From the NCBI GenBank assembly GCA_951406725.2, contig OX597817.1, positions 3,968,001 to 4,032,000 of the forward strand: 64,000 nucleotides of DNA. The letters run 5' to 3'. Within the stretch, counting starts at the first letter, position 1, and each line of letters starts with the position of its first letter. This document shows positions 1 to 12,107 of this stretch, piece by piece. The position numbers and the translations under genes were made by a program. Source of the DNA: Octopus vulgaris (taxonomy: Eukaryota). Below the pieces are notes generated by a model. The model saw only the letters and a list, made by a program, of their open reading frames with translations, had not been told where the DNA came from and searched no databases.

Positions 1-620
1 CTGCAGCAGCTTTCCATGGATTCCAATGTTGGACAGTTTCTTCAGCAAGATTTTGTGGCTCACTCTGTCAAATGCGTTGCTAAAATCCAAGTATATGAAG
101 TCAGTGTTGGAGTCCCCTCCCAACACTTTTAAGATATCATCAAAATAGTGCGGAATTGCGACAGGCAGTCCCTGCCATCACGGGGTTCAACAGATTTTTA
201 TCCTCGAGGAAGTAAGTTATTCGCGATCTCACCACCCTCTCAAATACTTTAACGATATGAGACGTGAGTGAAATCGGACGGTAGTTCACTGCAAGAGATT
301 TGTTTTCCTATTTGAAAACTGGAACGACAGACTGGGAAAGAAAATTATCAGGAATCTAACCTGTATCAAGTGAGTTTCTCCAGAGCTCAGCTAGAGAGGG
401 GTGCAGTTTGATGTCGAAACATCTTCAGGACAGTGGCCGGGAACTTATCGGGACCAGCAACCGAGTTGTGTTTGATTTTATTTATTTCTCTTAGGCTAGC
501 AGGAGCACCCAACATTATGTCAGATATGGTTAGTTGAGTGTTTACGTGACTGATACTAGTCAGATCAACCGCATTAGCATTACTGAAAACAGAGTTGTAT
601 TATCTCTGCAGTATCTCTGC
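1..620 (-). mobile_element. CR1/L2/Jockey-type LINE reverse transcriptase fragment (degraded, runs off window start)
   Basis: Minus-strand translation gives HNSVAGPDKFPATVLK, KSLAVNYRPISLTSHIVKVFERVV and FIYLDFSNAFDRVSHKILLKKLSNIGIHGKLLQ, which are RT domain 0-3 motifs of APE-type LINEs; frameshifted. Confidence 0.85.
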
Positions 621-1280
621 AAAACTGGCCTGAATGCTTGCAACAAACTAGTTTCCGCTTCAGGCGCCCACATTTACTATTCTGTAAAAAAATAGGTGAC
701 ACATTGCAACAATCTTCTCGTAACTATTCCATATTGAAAATTACTATTTAAAAAGGTTTGTAAATTAATGTTTGATGTAAATCTACAACGAAATAGCCAC
801 AGTAAATTTCATCTCATGAATCGATGAAGAGGTAATTTTATACCCTCTACTCATTAATAATCAACTACCCAAGAATGTGACGTAGGAAAGTTGAGAAACA
901 ACTTGTTGTTGGTTTTTAAAATATATCCACTTAAGCCGGGGCATTCTGTCTGATTTGTCACACATATCAACAGCACAATGTACTTGCAAGTCATGGAATC
1001 CAGCAGCGGGAGCACTACATATAAAGCAATGTTTTGGAAAATTTACTTTCTTAATGACAATACATCTGCATATCATGATAGATCGCACTAAAACTTTTAA
1101 TCTAGTGACTTGTTTCATTTCGATCAATCCAACACCAAATTGAAATATAAGAACTTAAGCTGGTAACTTGCAGTGGACTGATTTACGTTACCTATCGACA
1201 GCTTACCAGACTGTAAGGTTGCACCTAAATTTCAATCAACGGTATCAGCTATCTGTAAATAATTTAGATAGCGCATTATA

Positions 1281-1452
1281 TACATTATTTACATTATTTA
1301 CAATTCACGGATATTTGTCCTCATCTTGTTTGTTGTTAAAACAACGTTTCGGCTGATATAATCTCCAGCCTTCATCAGGTGTCTTGGGGAAATTTCGAAC
1401 CTAGGTTCTTATTCTTAAGGTATTTTCGATGTTGTTGTTGTTGTTGTTGTTA

Positions 1453-1531
<79 letters not shown>

Positions 1532-1618
1532 CATCATTATCATTATTCTTCAGGTCACTGCCTGGAATCGAACTCGAAATCTTGATGTTAGTAGCCCGCG
1601 CACTTAAGCACTACGCCG
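1281..1618 (-). mobile_element. tRNA-headed SINE-like element with internal (AAT)n and a 3' hammerhead motif (left copy of an inverted pair)
   Basis: Reverse complement reads cggcgtagtgc...gagttcgattccaggcagtgacctg, (AAT)n, atcgaaaataccttaagaat...ccccaagacacCTGATGA...GAAACGTT...gtaaataatgta; B box intact. Confidence 0.8.
1338..1383 (-). ncRNA. Minimal type I hammerhead ribozyme motif (Penelope-type)
   Basis: rc: GACAC-CTGATGA-A-GGCTG-gagattatat-CAGCC-GAAA-CGTT-GTTTT. Core boxes intact, perfect 5-bp stem II, palindromic ACGT stem III, weak stem I. Confidence 0.7.
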
Positions 1619-1691
1619 TGGGGCATATGGCGTAGTGGTTCCGAGCGCGGTCTACTAACTTCAGGATTCCGAGTTTGATTCCAGGCAGTGA

Positions 1692-1767
<76 letters not shown>

Positions 1768-1768
1768 C

Positions 1769-2406
1769 ATAAATCATATTATCTCTGGCTGTCTAGTCCT
1801 GTCTAAGAAGGAATATATTCACAGACAACACAGAGTCGGGACCTACATACACTGAAAGCTACGCCAACATTATGGAATAACAACAGAAAAAAGATGGTAT
1901 AGGCACACACCAGAAAAGGTCACAGAAAACGAGAAAGCAACCATACTCTGGGATATGCCAATACACACAGATAGAGAAATTAAGACCAACAGGCCAGATA
2001 TAGTTGTCAGAGATCATGAAGAAAAAAATGCTTTCTAATTGATGTATCATTACCAGCAGATGATAACGTGTCTCTAAAAGAAATAGAGAAGCTTTCAAAA
2101 TACAAAGACCTGGAAATAGAGGTAATTCGAATGGGGAATCTAAAAGCAGAAGCAAATCCTATCATAGTAGGTGCATTAGACATGATAAAAAAATATTCAG
2201 ACACATACATAACAAAAATATTAGGACTTACAAACACATATAACATACAGAAAAATTGCACTACTAGGCACTGCACACATCCTACTCAGAACACTTTCAA
2301 TACAATAACCATCAGAGCATCACAACAAATCACAGCACATACCCAAGGCACACAGAGCTGCGCTCGGTAGTGAAGTGAAAGCATGCTATAAAAATAAAAC
2401 TACTGA
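1769..2406 (+). mobile_element. R4/Dong-clade retrotransposon, 5'-truncated 3' end (family A)
   Basis: INHIISGC..L...EYIHR, ILWDMPIHTDREIRPTGQI (RPD-like), [19 protein letters not shown]: CCHC and restriction-like endonuclease motifs; 3' UTR ends aaaactactg followed by (AAT)n. Confidence 0.9.
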
Positions 2407-2484
2407 ATAATAATAACAATAACAATAATAACAACATCTAAAAAATACCTTAGGAATGAAAACCAAGTTTCGAAATTTCCCCAA

Positions 2485-2530
2485 GACATCTGATGAAGGC
2501 AGTGGGGTATATCAGCCGAAACGTTGTTTT
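2485..2530 (+). ncRNA. Minimal type I hammerhead ribozyme motif (Penelope-type)
   Basis: GACAT-CTGATGA-A-GGCAG-tggggtatat-CAGCC-GAAA-CGTT-GTTTT; one stem II mismatch relative to the copy at 1338-1383. Confidence 0.65.
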
Positions 2531-2973
2531 AACTACAAACAAGATGAGGACAACTATCCTTCAAATGTAAATAATGTACGTAATTCCTCATCTCTTAAAT
2601 ATAGAACTGAAGTGCATTGTATGTTTTTACAGACAAATTATAACTGTCTTACACTTATTTTTAGGTGAAGTCTGTAATATTGTTTTCACATAAAAATGTC
2701 AGCAAACTTATGTGTACATGTATAAAGTGGACTCATTCTTTTGATATATGCAGTGTTATGTGAACAGCAATATTTTCCCAGAGAATAATCTAGTTAAAAT
2801 AAATGATTTATAACATTAACCCGGGCTAGTAAATAGTCTTTAAGAGTCTATAAGTGTTATGGTTTCTTGTAATTTTAAGATGTGGTGGTAATGGCTTATC
2901 GTTCGAAAGATCATCACTTCACTGGTTTTATCGATGTTTCTTCAATTTGTAATTTGCCTGCTCTAATACAGCC

Positions 2974-3026
<53 letters not shown>

Positions 3027-4722
3027 TATATATGCAAGGTATTCAGGTAATTTCTTTTGTATTGCAGGAACATTTATATAATTGATACTGAAAAATAATA
3101 TCCAAGTTGAATAATATCCTTCAGTTGATAGCCCTCTATAAAAACTCTCACAGTAATACACCGTGACAACTTTTACGAAAGGTGGTGAATAAAGAGAGAA
3201 AAATCTCAAATAAATGTAAAGTTAAAGAAGAAAGTGAGAGCATCATATACACATGAGATAAAAATACAACTTCCATAATTGTATTATTCCTCAAGTATCA
3301 CAGCTATTGCATCGAACGATGATATTACGAATAGCAGAAGCAGAAAAGGCGGATGCTTTGAGTGAGAATGCTGCAACAAAGAAATGGAGTGTGATTTTGT
3401 CTGTAGTTCTGTTTAGGCATAGACCTATCCTGATTTTTGACTGTGACGCATTGTGACTGTGGTATTCTTATTGGGAGCATTTCAGGTTTTAAGGCTAAAT
3501 AGAATAATATTTTCAGGCATGTACTTTTCTTAAGATGATAAGTAGTGATTTAAATGAGATTTAATACTAATATGAGCGAGAAAAGCATGTGGAACTGAGC
3601 AGCAAGCATTCACATGTCATTCCTCTCTTCAAAGTTTTGTGTCATAAACACCTTATTAAAAATCTCTGAAAACAGCAATGAACTACGACATGGTTTTAAC
3701 CGGAGACATATCCGGCAATTGTTAACTGCTTGCCATATAACCAAACAATATGTTTGGTTGTCAATCATGCTGAAGCACATATTTGATCAGATGAGCTCTG
3801 GTGTTAACCGACAAATCTTTTAGAGATAAATGGAAATACATTATGTAATAAATCTTATTTACAGAACAATGCTCTACAATGAAATCAGACGATATACGAT
3901 GGATGTTTAGGTCTTGTTTCTAGATGAAACGGCGGCCATCTTGTGGATCTTCACTCTGTGTATGTTGCTACATCAGTCTACAGTAGGATGATTTATCGAA
4001 AAATATTATGTTTGTTTTGTGTGAGGTTATTGACCTGAATTGAAGACGGAAAGAGAAAGTGTTGCTTTTTTTGTTTTTCTTCGAGTCATATTTGCTAATT
4101 AATTAAATTCAGGTATCCGATATGGTGTTTGGTATTTATGTGAAGTTACGTATGTAAATGAAGTTATAAGCCATTTGAGGTTGGAAAAGAACTAAGATTT
4201 TAATTAATCGAACGTATATCTTATAACAAAACAACAAAATCAATGCATAAGCTGCCAAATAGAAAAGGACAAATGGACGAACATCTTAAGAGGATTATTT
4301 TCATTATTATGGAGTATAAATTGTCTCTTTGCTTGCTAGCGCCTGTATGTATGTGTAATTGTTTCTGGAAGTGAGTAAATGTATGTCCTTTTGCATTTCA
4401 TGAAATAAGTTTAAAGGCGTTTTAATTTATGAAATACTTCATTTGATCAAATTCTGAAAGTTGGCCAAAGGAGAGAAATAGCAAAGCGAGAGTAAAACGT
4501 TGAAGGAAGGGAGAATCACAGAAATGTACACGCTTATACATACTCATATAAAACATATAGTCCCACTATCAGTGGGACTAAAATATACTTACGTTTATAG
4601 ACCCATAGACTACAACATTTCTTACAATTTTAAATCAATTATATACAGACGTGTATGTTTGTGAGTATAGATATAGATAGACAACTAGATACGTATATGT
4701 ATTTACTTCGTTCGTGTGTATG

Positions 4723-4818
4723 AGTTTGTGTGCGTGTCCATGAATCACACGTACACATACAGATACACACACACACACACACACAAATATACATGTTGTT
4801 GGTGTGGGTGAGCGTGAA

Positions 4819-4857
<39 letters not shown>

Positions 4858-4924
4858 GGGAGAGAGAGAGGGGAGAGAGAGAGAGAGTGAGAGAGAGAGG
4901 GAGAGATAGAAAAGGATTGAAAAA
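4723..4924 (+). repeat. Dispersed duplication (copy 1) of a CA/GA-microsatellite-containing segment
   Basis: agtttgtgtgcgtgtccatgaatcacacgtacacatacagata...ggtgtgggtgagcgtgaaag(ag)n aaaaggattgaaaa is near-identical to 15348-15466. Confidence 0.85.
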
Positions 4925-5185
4925 AGTAAAGAGTGTTATTGTCGTGTAGTGTTTTCTGTTTAGAAAGCAAGGGCCATTAGAAATTTGATGACGGGAGAAA
5001 CAATTCTTGAAACGAAGACGTTTCCGTCTGTAAGAAAGCCATAGATGTAATGAAGTTAAAAGCTCGGAAACACAGTTTACTTAATATAGCTACTAACAGA
5101 GTAATTGCACAACTGATCTACGATACTGAATCTGTTCATATATAGAAAATACTTTACGAAATTTCTATTGATTATTAGAATTCGT

Positions 5186-5508
5186 GAAGGCGCGTGGCTT
5201 AGTGGTTAGGGCATTCGGCTCCCGATTGTAAGGTCACGAGTTCAATTCCCAGCGACGCATTGTGTCCTTGAGCAAGGCACTTTATTTATTTCACGTTACT
5301 CCAGACCACTCAGCTGGAAAAATGAGTAGTAGCTCTATTTCAAAGGGCCGGCCTTGTCACACTCTGTGTTAAGCTGAATCTCCCTGAGAACTACATTAGG
5401 GGTACACGTGTCTGTGAACTGCTCAGTCACTTGCACGTTAATTTCACGAGCAAGCTGTTCCGTTGATCGTATTAGCTGGCACCCTCGTCGTCGTAACCGA
5501 TGGAGTGC
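5186..5508 (+). mobile_element. tRNA-derived SINE with CORE-like domain (family 2)
   Basis: A box tggcttagtgg, B box gagttcaattcc, CORE-like tgtgtccttgagcaaggcactt. Other copies at ~24390-24560(-), 24863-25181(-), 33627-33930(+) and ~62720-62830(+). Confidence 0.8.
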
Positions 5509-6285
5509 TCCTATAAGAGTTCTAACGAGTTTGCAAATCGATGGCCTCATAGTATTCGGTGTTTTAATAATAATGAATGTTACAACTAGGTACAAGTCTT
5601 TGCATTTGGAGAATTGATTCATAGATTTGAATATTTATTTCATTGGATCATTATATAAAAATCAACGTTGGCGACAGTGGGTTGGAAGTCATAATATCAG
5701 AACTCATAACAGACATAAGTAAAGCAATACACTGTATCCGAAGCTTTACAGATTCTAGAGTCGACAGATCTAGCAGTTCTGCATATAAACATTATTCAAA
5801 ATAAGTTACCTTTAATGTTGATATACAAGATTTGGATGGCATGAAAACGGGTGAAACATTTACAGAGTCAGTAAAGAGGAATAGAGGGGAATTTAAGACA
5901 TTAATAATTAAGCTGAAGCCCAGCCATTACAGTTGATAAAATGAGAAGGAACTAAGGAAAGGTGGTACATTGTATTTAAGTATTAGATGATATTAACGAA
6001 TGTTGATGAGTGGATATACGCTGAAAGAAGCAACACTGTAGAGAAACAACGTATGAACAGAATGCAAAGTATTGCAACTGAATTAAAGAGATGACAGAAT
6101 GCCAAATGATGGTACCATTGCAAAAGTAGATTATCCAAAAATTAAATCCACAAAGCCATAAAGCTCACGAATCAGCTAAGATATATAGAGATAACTTTGT
6201 AAGTTTTGGAGTGCAAATGATGCTGTAATTTTGAAAACGTAAGATTCTCATAAATGCACAGGCATAAAATCACATATGCACAGGT

Positions 6286-6286
<1 letters not shown>

Positions 6287-6336
<50 letters not shown>

Positions 6337-6755
6337 TGCATACATACATACACACATACATACATACATACATACATACATACATACATACATACATACA
6401 TACATACATACATACATACATGCATACATACATACATACATACATGCACACATACATACATACATACATACATGCATACATACATGCATACATACATACA
6501 TACATACATGCATACATACATACACACATACATACATACATACATACATACACACACATATACATACATACATACATACATACATACATACATACATACA
6601 TACATGCATACATACATACATACATACATACATGCATACATACATACATTCATACATACATACATACATACATACATACATACATACATACATACATACA
6701 TACATACATACATACATACATACATACATACATACATACATACATACATACATAC
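6287..6755. repeat. (CA)n followed by a ~420-bp (CATA)n microsatellite
   Basis: Direct reading; this is the source of the spurious YIHT/MYVC ORFs. Confidence 0.98.
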
Positions 6756-7382
6756 GGCACCTCAATTTGTACTAAACCAACTCATTAGACTGAAATATTC
6801 TATAGAGACAAAATCCACCAATGCATGCTTTCTCCTTCTAGTGTACAAGAATGAGTCAAAATTACTCTACACACATGTTTATTGTAATAGTCACTGCTTA
6901 ATATGCTTATACTATTATCTCTCTCCCTTTCTCTCTCTTTATCTATCTATCTAATTAATTATCTATCAGCTTATCCATACATATACGTATACATACATAC
7001 ATACATACATACATACATACATAGAGTCACCCATATATTGTACATATATAATACACACATGTACACACACATATACACAAATATATCTGTATGTATACAT
7101 TTATGAGTGCAACAAAAGAAAGGTACATTGAGGAAGTTTAACTTAGAAATCTATAACTGTTCATACTACACGAGAAACCTATCAGGCAATCTAGTGACGT
7201 CCAACTTTTCAGCTTATTTCTACTCTAGTTTTGTTACGATAGACATATGTTCACCTCACAAAATTAATAGAACTATCGAATTAATAGAATTAGCGATGCA
7301 ATTTTCTACTGAAATAGGTTATTACAATATGATAAAAGTCCGATGACTGAAACCTGTAGGTCTCTAATACATTACACACACT

Positions 7383-7427
<45 letters not shown>

Positions 7428-7518
7428 CACACACCTAAAGAGAAACACAAACACACACATCCAAACACTCATTTATATATACATTAATAATTCATACATA
7501 CATACATACATACATACA

Positions 7519-8170
7519 CTCTACCTAAAACGGAAAGAAGGCGGCAGGGGCTTAACATCGATCCCAAATCTCTTTGAATATCGCATCATAACCCTTCGGT
7601 AACATCTTTTAACCACCAAGTGTCGAATTGCATCCTTTGACCAAGTTTGCATACGTGGGGCTGATAACATCTTAAGACTTGGAAGGCAGTTCCTTGAGCA
7701 ACACACTTTGACTGATAACCCAGAATACATGCCAAAAGGAGTTGCACGATACTACTGCAACATATCATCAGATCAAAGGATGAGCCTATATGAGCAGAAG
7801 ACTATGCATAGATATGTTAGTGGAAAGCTCTGAGATGATAGTAACATCGATCATCAAAGCAGTTTATCATGGGCCAATAGCAACATTACTACCTCCTACT
7901 TTCAAGCGTATGCATTTGCAATTCAGGAACATGAAATATCAACCAAGTACCTGATGAACAAGAGGGATAGAGATGGAGAAAAAGCCAAAAACACTGACAG
8001 CCGATGCAGACTCTGTGGACTTCACACTGCAGATATCAGCCACATCATAAGCAATTGTCCCAAAACGTCATCACGGTATTATCTACCGATTAGACATGAC
8101 GTTGTAGCTAGGACACTCTATAATGAAATCCGTCGGAAGGATAATCCAGAGGACAAAGAAATAAGAACAC
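7519..8170 (+). mobile_element. R4/Dong-like retrotransposon fragment (RT thumb and CCHC)
   Basis: LYLKRKEGGRGL, AYAFAIQEHEISTKYL, CRLCGLHTADISHIISNCP...RHDVVARTLY; contains stops. Confidence 0.8.
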
Positions 8171-8425
8171 ATTATGTTTTGGGTGGTGTTGGTAGTTGTG
8201 GTGGTGGGCAACCAAATCGAACAGTCTCAAGTGTAACTGCCCGAAACTGTAAGGACATCTGGTAACTTGACTGACAAAAGAAGGTCACGAATGATCCATT
8301 CTTTTTTTCCTATCCCTCTAATTGTTTTTCCTGTCCGCCTTTGTATAGTCTATCTGTCCGGTTGATTTATTGTCCTCTGTTGCGTTTTTGTTCTCTTACA
8401 TATATATATATATATATATATATAT

Positions 8426-8700
8426 AACAATTGCAGCATGGAATGTGTTTATAAGCCATTTAAAAACACACAAAACCGTTAGATTCACTTCAACATTTAA
8501 AGCACGAAGCTTTGTCAGTGAACAGGTCGCGGTCTCAAAGCGACGAAAATATTTTGACAAATTTAATTTAAACGTTGAAGTGAATCTAACGGTTTTGTGT
8601 GTTTCTTAAATGGCTTACAAACACCTTCCATGCTGCAATTGTTTTCGTTCCAGCACACGATCTCAGATCATGTCAATCGCTATGCAAGTACATCTCCGTA
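8426..8700 (+). mobile_element. Penelope-type pseudo-LTR remnant with an inverted partial copy (foldback)
   Basis: ~76-bp inverted repeat (8426-8501 vs 8567-8643) flanking a hammerhead motif; the right arm continues as a unique tail to ~8700. Confidence 0.6.
8511..8561 (+). ncRNA. Minimal hammerhead ribozyme with G3-C8 covariant core
   Basis: TTTGTCA-GTGAACA-G-GTCGC-ggtctcaaa-GCGAC-GAA-AATATT-T-TGACAAA: perfect 7-bp stem I, perfect 5-bp stem II, palindromic stem III. Confidence 0.7.
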
Positions 8701-8840
<140 letters not shown>

Positions 8841-9921
8841 TCTTCATCTATCAGAGATTAAAACGAACTTATTGCTGCAACTCTTTCGAGGTCTGAATGG
8901 CTTTTAAAGTATTGCAGAGTGGTCAATCTACTTATAAACTGGAGCATCATGACAAAACTATCAAATATAATACAGCATGTAGCAGCTATTATCTGTGTTT
9001 AGCAAAGAAGTTATAAATGCTTATCTCCCTAGTGAATACACAATATAACGAAAGAAACAGTCGTACCTTACCTCTATATAACACAGTTGAAACTACAAAG
9101 CTTCAGTCATATCCCAATCACCACCCATGAACAAATACAAACTGGCTAACTCGGATATTTTCCCAAAACAACGGTCTTTCCTTTTCTGAGACATCAAGCA
9201 TCCTAGCATATAACAGCACTCGAACTAACCAGACATATTATCATATTCTTCACAACCTCCTTAGCCACCAGAACATCTCACGTAAGAAAAATGAAAAGTC
9301 TGAACAAGATGATTAATAGGCTACAAAAATTGTCTTCTACGCAACTCATGATACAAACACCAAAATAGTCCCCGGCAAAACTCACCATTATTACTATAAT
9401 TGTAATCGAATTACCGAATGTGCTTAAACTACCTAAGTTTCTAGCATTAATTTCAGTCATATTCACCAGCTAAGATACTTGCTCAAGATGGTACTAGTGC
9501 CCGTTTTACCGTTTTTGCCACTACCACTTTAGTTCAATAGATACCGCGTCATGCCCCACTTTACTTATTTCTAAATTTATTTTTTATTACATTTTGAATT
9601 TGTATTTTATGACATTTTTTTCCCATTTATATCATGCATCACATGTTGATTTCTAAATAATAAAAATTGAATGCGTACTACTAATTGTTCTATAGGTTTT
9701 GTGATGCATAATCGAATCGATAGGAACCTCTGATGTACATAAATTTCAAGCCAATTGCCACAAACAGTCTAATACAGACAGCATGCTACGCACTACGTCA
9801 ACATGATGTCCTTCCAATACGCATTTCTATATTTGTGCACGTACGTCATCTGGCACATATCCTCAGTTCACCAGACGATATGTCAATTTACATTTCGAAA
9901 ACTATACAATAATAAATTATC

Positions 9922-9991
<70 letters not shown>

Positions 9992-10557
9992 GTCTGTGTG
10001 TTTGCATATGTATGAATGTGTGTATACATACATATACATACACACACACACATATATATATATACATTCATAACATGGGTGTTTGTGTGTGTGTATCACA
10101 TTCTTACCATTTAGCGAAACATGCAACAATAGGGAAATACTGAATATAATTCCTACATGATTACTTCCCTTTATCCACTTAATTAACTCTTTTGTCTTTG
10201 AGTCATCTATTATCATATGAAATCGCGTTTGAGAGCACATTGGCATTCAGTAGCTGCACTATTAGTACTATTTCAAATGTGGTTGAATAATTACAAGTGT
10301 TGCTTGTGACTGTTGCTAACATATTAACACCACACAATTTATTAAAAGAGATTATTCATACACCAGTGATGTATATATTATTCCTTTTGTTCGCTACTTT
10401 CGATTATATAATACGTGTGTGTATGTGTGCGTGTGCTTTCATTTACGTTCACGTTCGTGTTTTTGTCGTTTCCATTTACACCTATTAACATAGTGGTTTG
10501 ATGAAATAACCACCAGATCGATATGACCTGTTAAATCTCTCGAAACTGATCATCCGT

Positions 10558-11158
10558 TTAGCGGAATTTGAACTCAAGAGGGAAAACCCTACCTATTTCT
10601 TTACTACCCACAAGGGGCTAAACACAGAGAGGACGAACAAGGACAGACAAACGGATTAATTCCATTTTATCGACCCCAGTGCGTAACTGGTACTTATTTA
10701 ATCGACCCCGAAAGGATGAAAGGCAAAGTCGACCTCGGCGGAATTTGAACTCAGAACATAGCAGCAGACGAAATACTTATTTCTTTACCACCCACAAGGG
10801 GCTAAACACAGGGGGGACAAACAAGGACAGACAAAGGGATTAAGTCGATTACATCGACCCTGGTGCTTGTAATGAGAGACAATATCGACTTTAGCGGAAT
10901 TTGAACTCAAGAGGGAAAACCCTACCTATTTCTTTACTACCCACAAGGGGCTAAACACAGAGAGGACAAACAAGGACAGACAAAGGGTTTAAGTTGATTA
11001 CATCGACCCCAGTGTGTAACTGGTATTTAATTTATCGACCCCGACAGGATGAAAGGCAAAGTCGACCTCGGCGGAATTTGAACTTAGAACGTAACGGCTG
11101 ACTGAATACCTCTCAGTATTTCGCCCGGCGTGCTAACGATTCTGTCATCTCATTGCCT
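10558..11158 (-). mobile_element. Concatemer of three partial copies of SINE family 1
   Basis: tatttcttta(c/t)(t/c)acccacaaggggctaaacacag occurs at ~10594, ~10778 and ~10927; cgaccccgaaaggatgaaaggcaaagtcgacctcggcggaatttgaactc occurs twice. Confidence 0.85.
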
Positions 11159-11970
11159 AAAATTATTATAAAAGTATAAAAAACAATAAGGACATGCTCG
11201 GTACGAATACAAAATTCTTTTGATGATGACATTAAATAATTTTTTAGCTTGTAAGTTTATTGTATATGATGAACATATGTTCACTGGTTTGCATTTTTCG
11301 TAGAAGACCACTAAAAACGAATGAACCATAACTAAAGAATAATTAATCCTTTTTCAGATTTTAGATTTAATGTAATTCATGCCACTTCAGTTTTTAGCAG
11401 TCATATGATTTAAGCTATTTCAATTGATATCTTTCTTTGTGAAGGTATAAATATATTTATTATGAAAGGGCGCCTAAAATGGATTTTTACGACACAATAT
11501 TATCAGATTATCAGGGGCAAGGATCGCAAAAGTCATTGACTTTTTAAATAAAGATTTGCATGTAATATATCCAGAAAAATATGTATCATTAAATAATGCT
11601 ATGTTTTTTTAAATGTCTTATGTATTTCGATAAAATTGTATCAAATTTATTTGCTGATTTTTAAAATGTTTTAGATACTGATTAAATCACCTCTAAAATA
11701 TTTTCAGTTAATCCAATATAATCTTTGGAAATTCAATTATCAGTTTTATATTCTTTGCCTAATAAACTATCTACTCGTAAGACATTAATCATTTAGTGAA
11801 TAGCTTATCGGGCTATTAGTTTTATATATACATACATACATACATACATACACATACACACACACAGACATACACACACATACGCAGACATATATACACG
11901 TACAAATACATATATATATATACACATATATGTATTTGTGTATATATATATATATATACATACATATATG

Positions 11971-12107
<137 letters not shown>

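Larger units (their letters stand above)
1621..2609 (+). mobile_element. tRNA-headed SINE-like element (right copy), interrupted by a Dong/R4 insertion in its (AAT)n
   Basis: A box TGGCGTAGTGG (1628-1638), degenerate B box GAGTTTGATTCC, (AAT)n from ~1696; tail 2435-2609 is homologous to the left copy. Confidence 0.8.

Noticed and set aside
1621-1695. Possible tRNA gene (anticodon loop CTACTAA)
   Set aside because: Acceptor and anticodon stems do not pair well, and it continues into a repeat body; it is a SINE head
4985-5030. TTGATGA...GAAAC...GTTT hammerhead-like spacing
   Set aside because: U3/G8 core, weak stem II and no stem I
6172-6954. Long ORFs with YIHT/MYVC repeats, and similar poly-I/N/L/Y ORFs at 14166, 26933, 33087 and 49443-51272
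   Set aside because: Translations of stop-free microsatellites; no protein signal
8205-8260. GGGCA...TGCCC-GAAAC-TGTA, resembling the 3' half of a hammerhead
   Set aside because: No CUGANGA box upstream (GTG repeats instead); at most a truncated relic
10558-11158. Repeat-spacer-like periodicity (CRISPR-like)
   Set aside because: The units are SINE fragments in eukaryotic DNA; no unique spacers or cas genes
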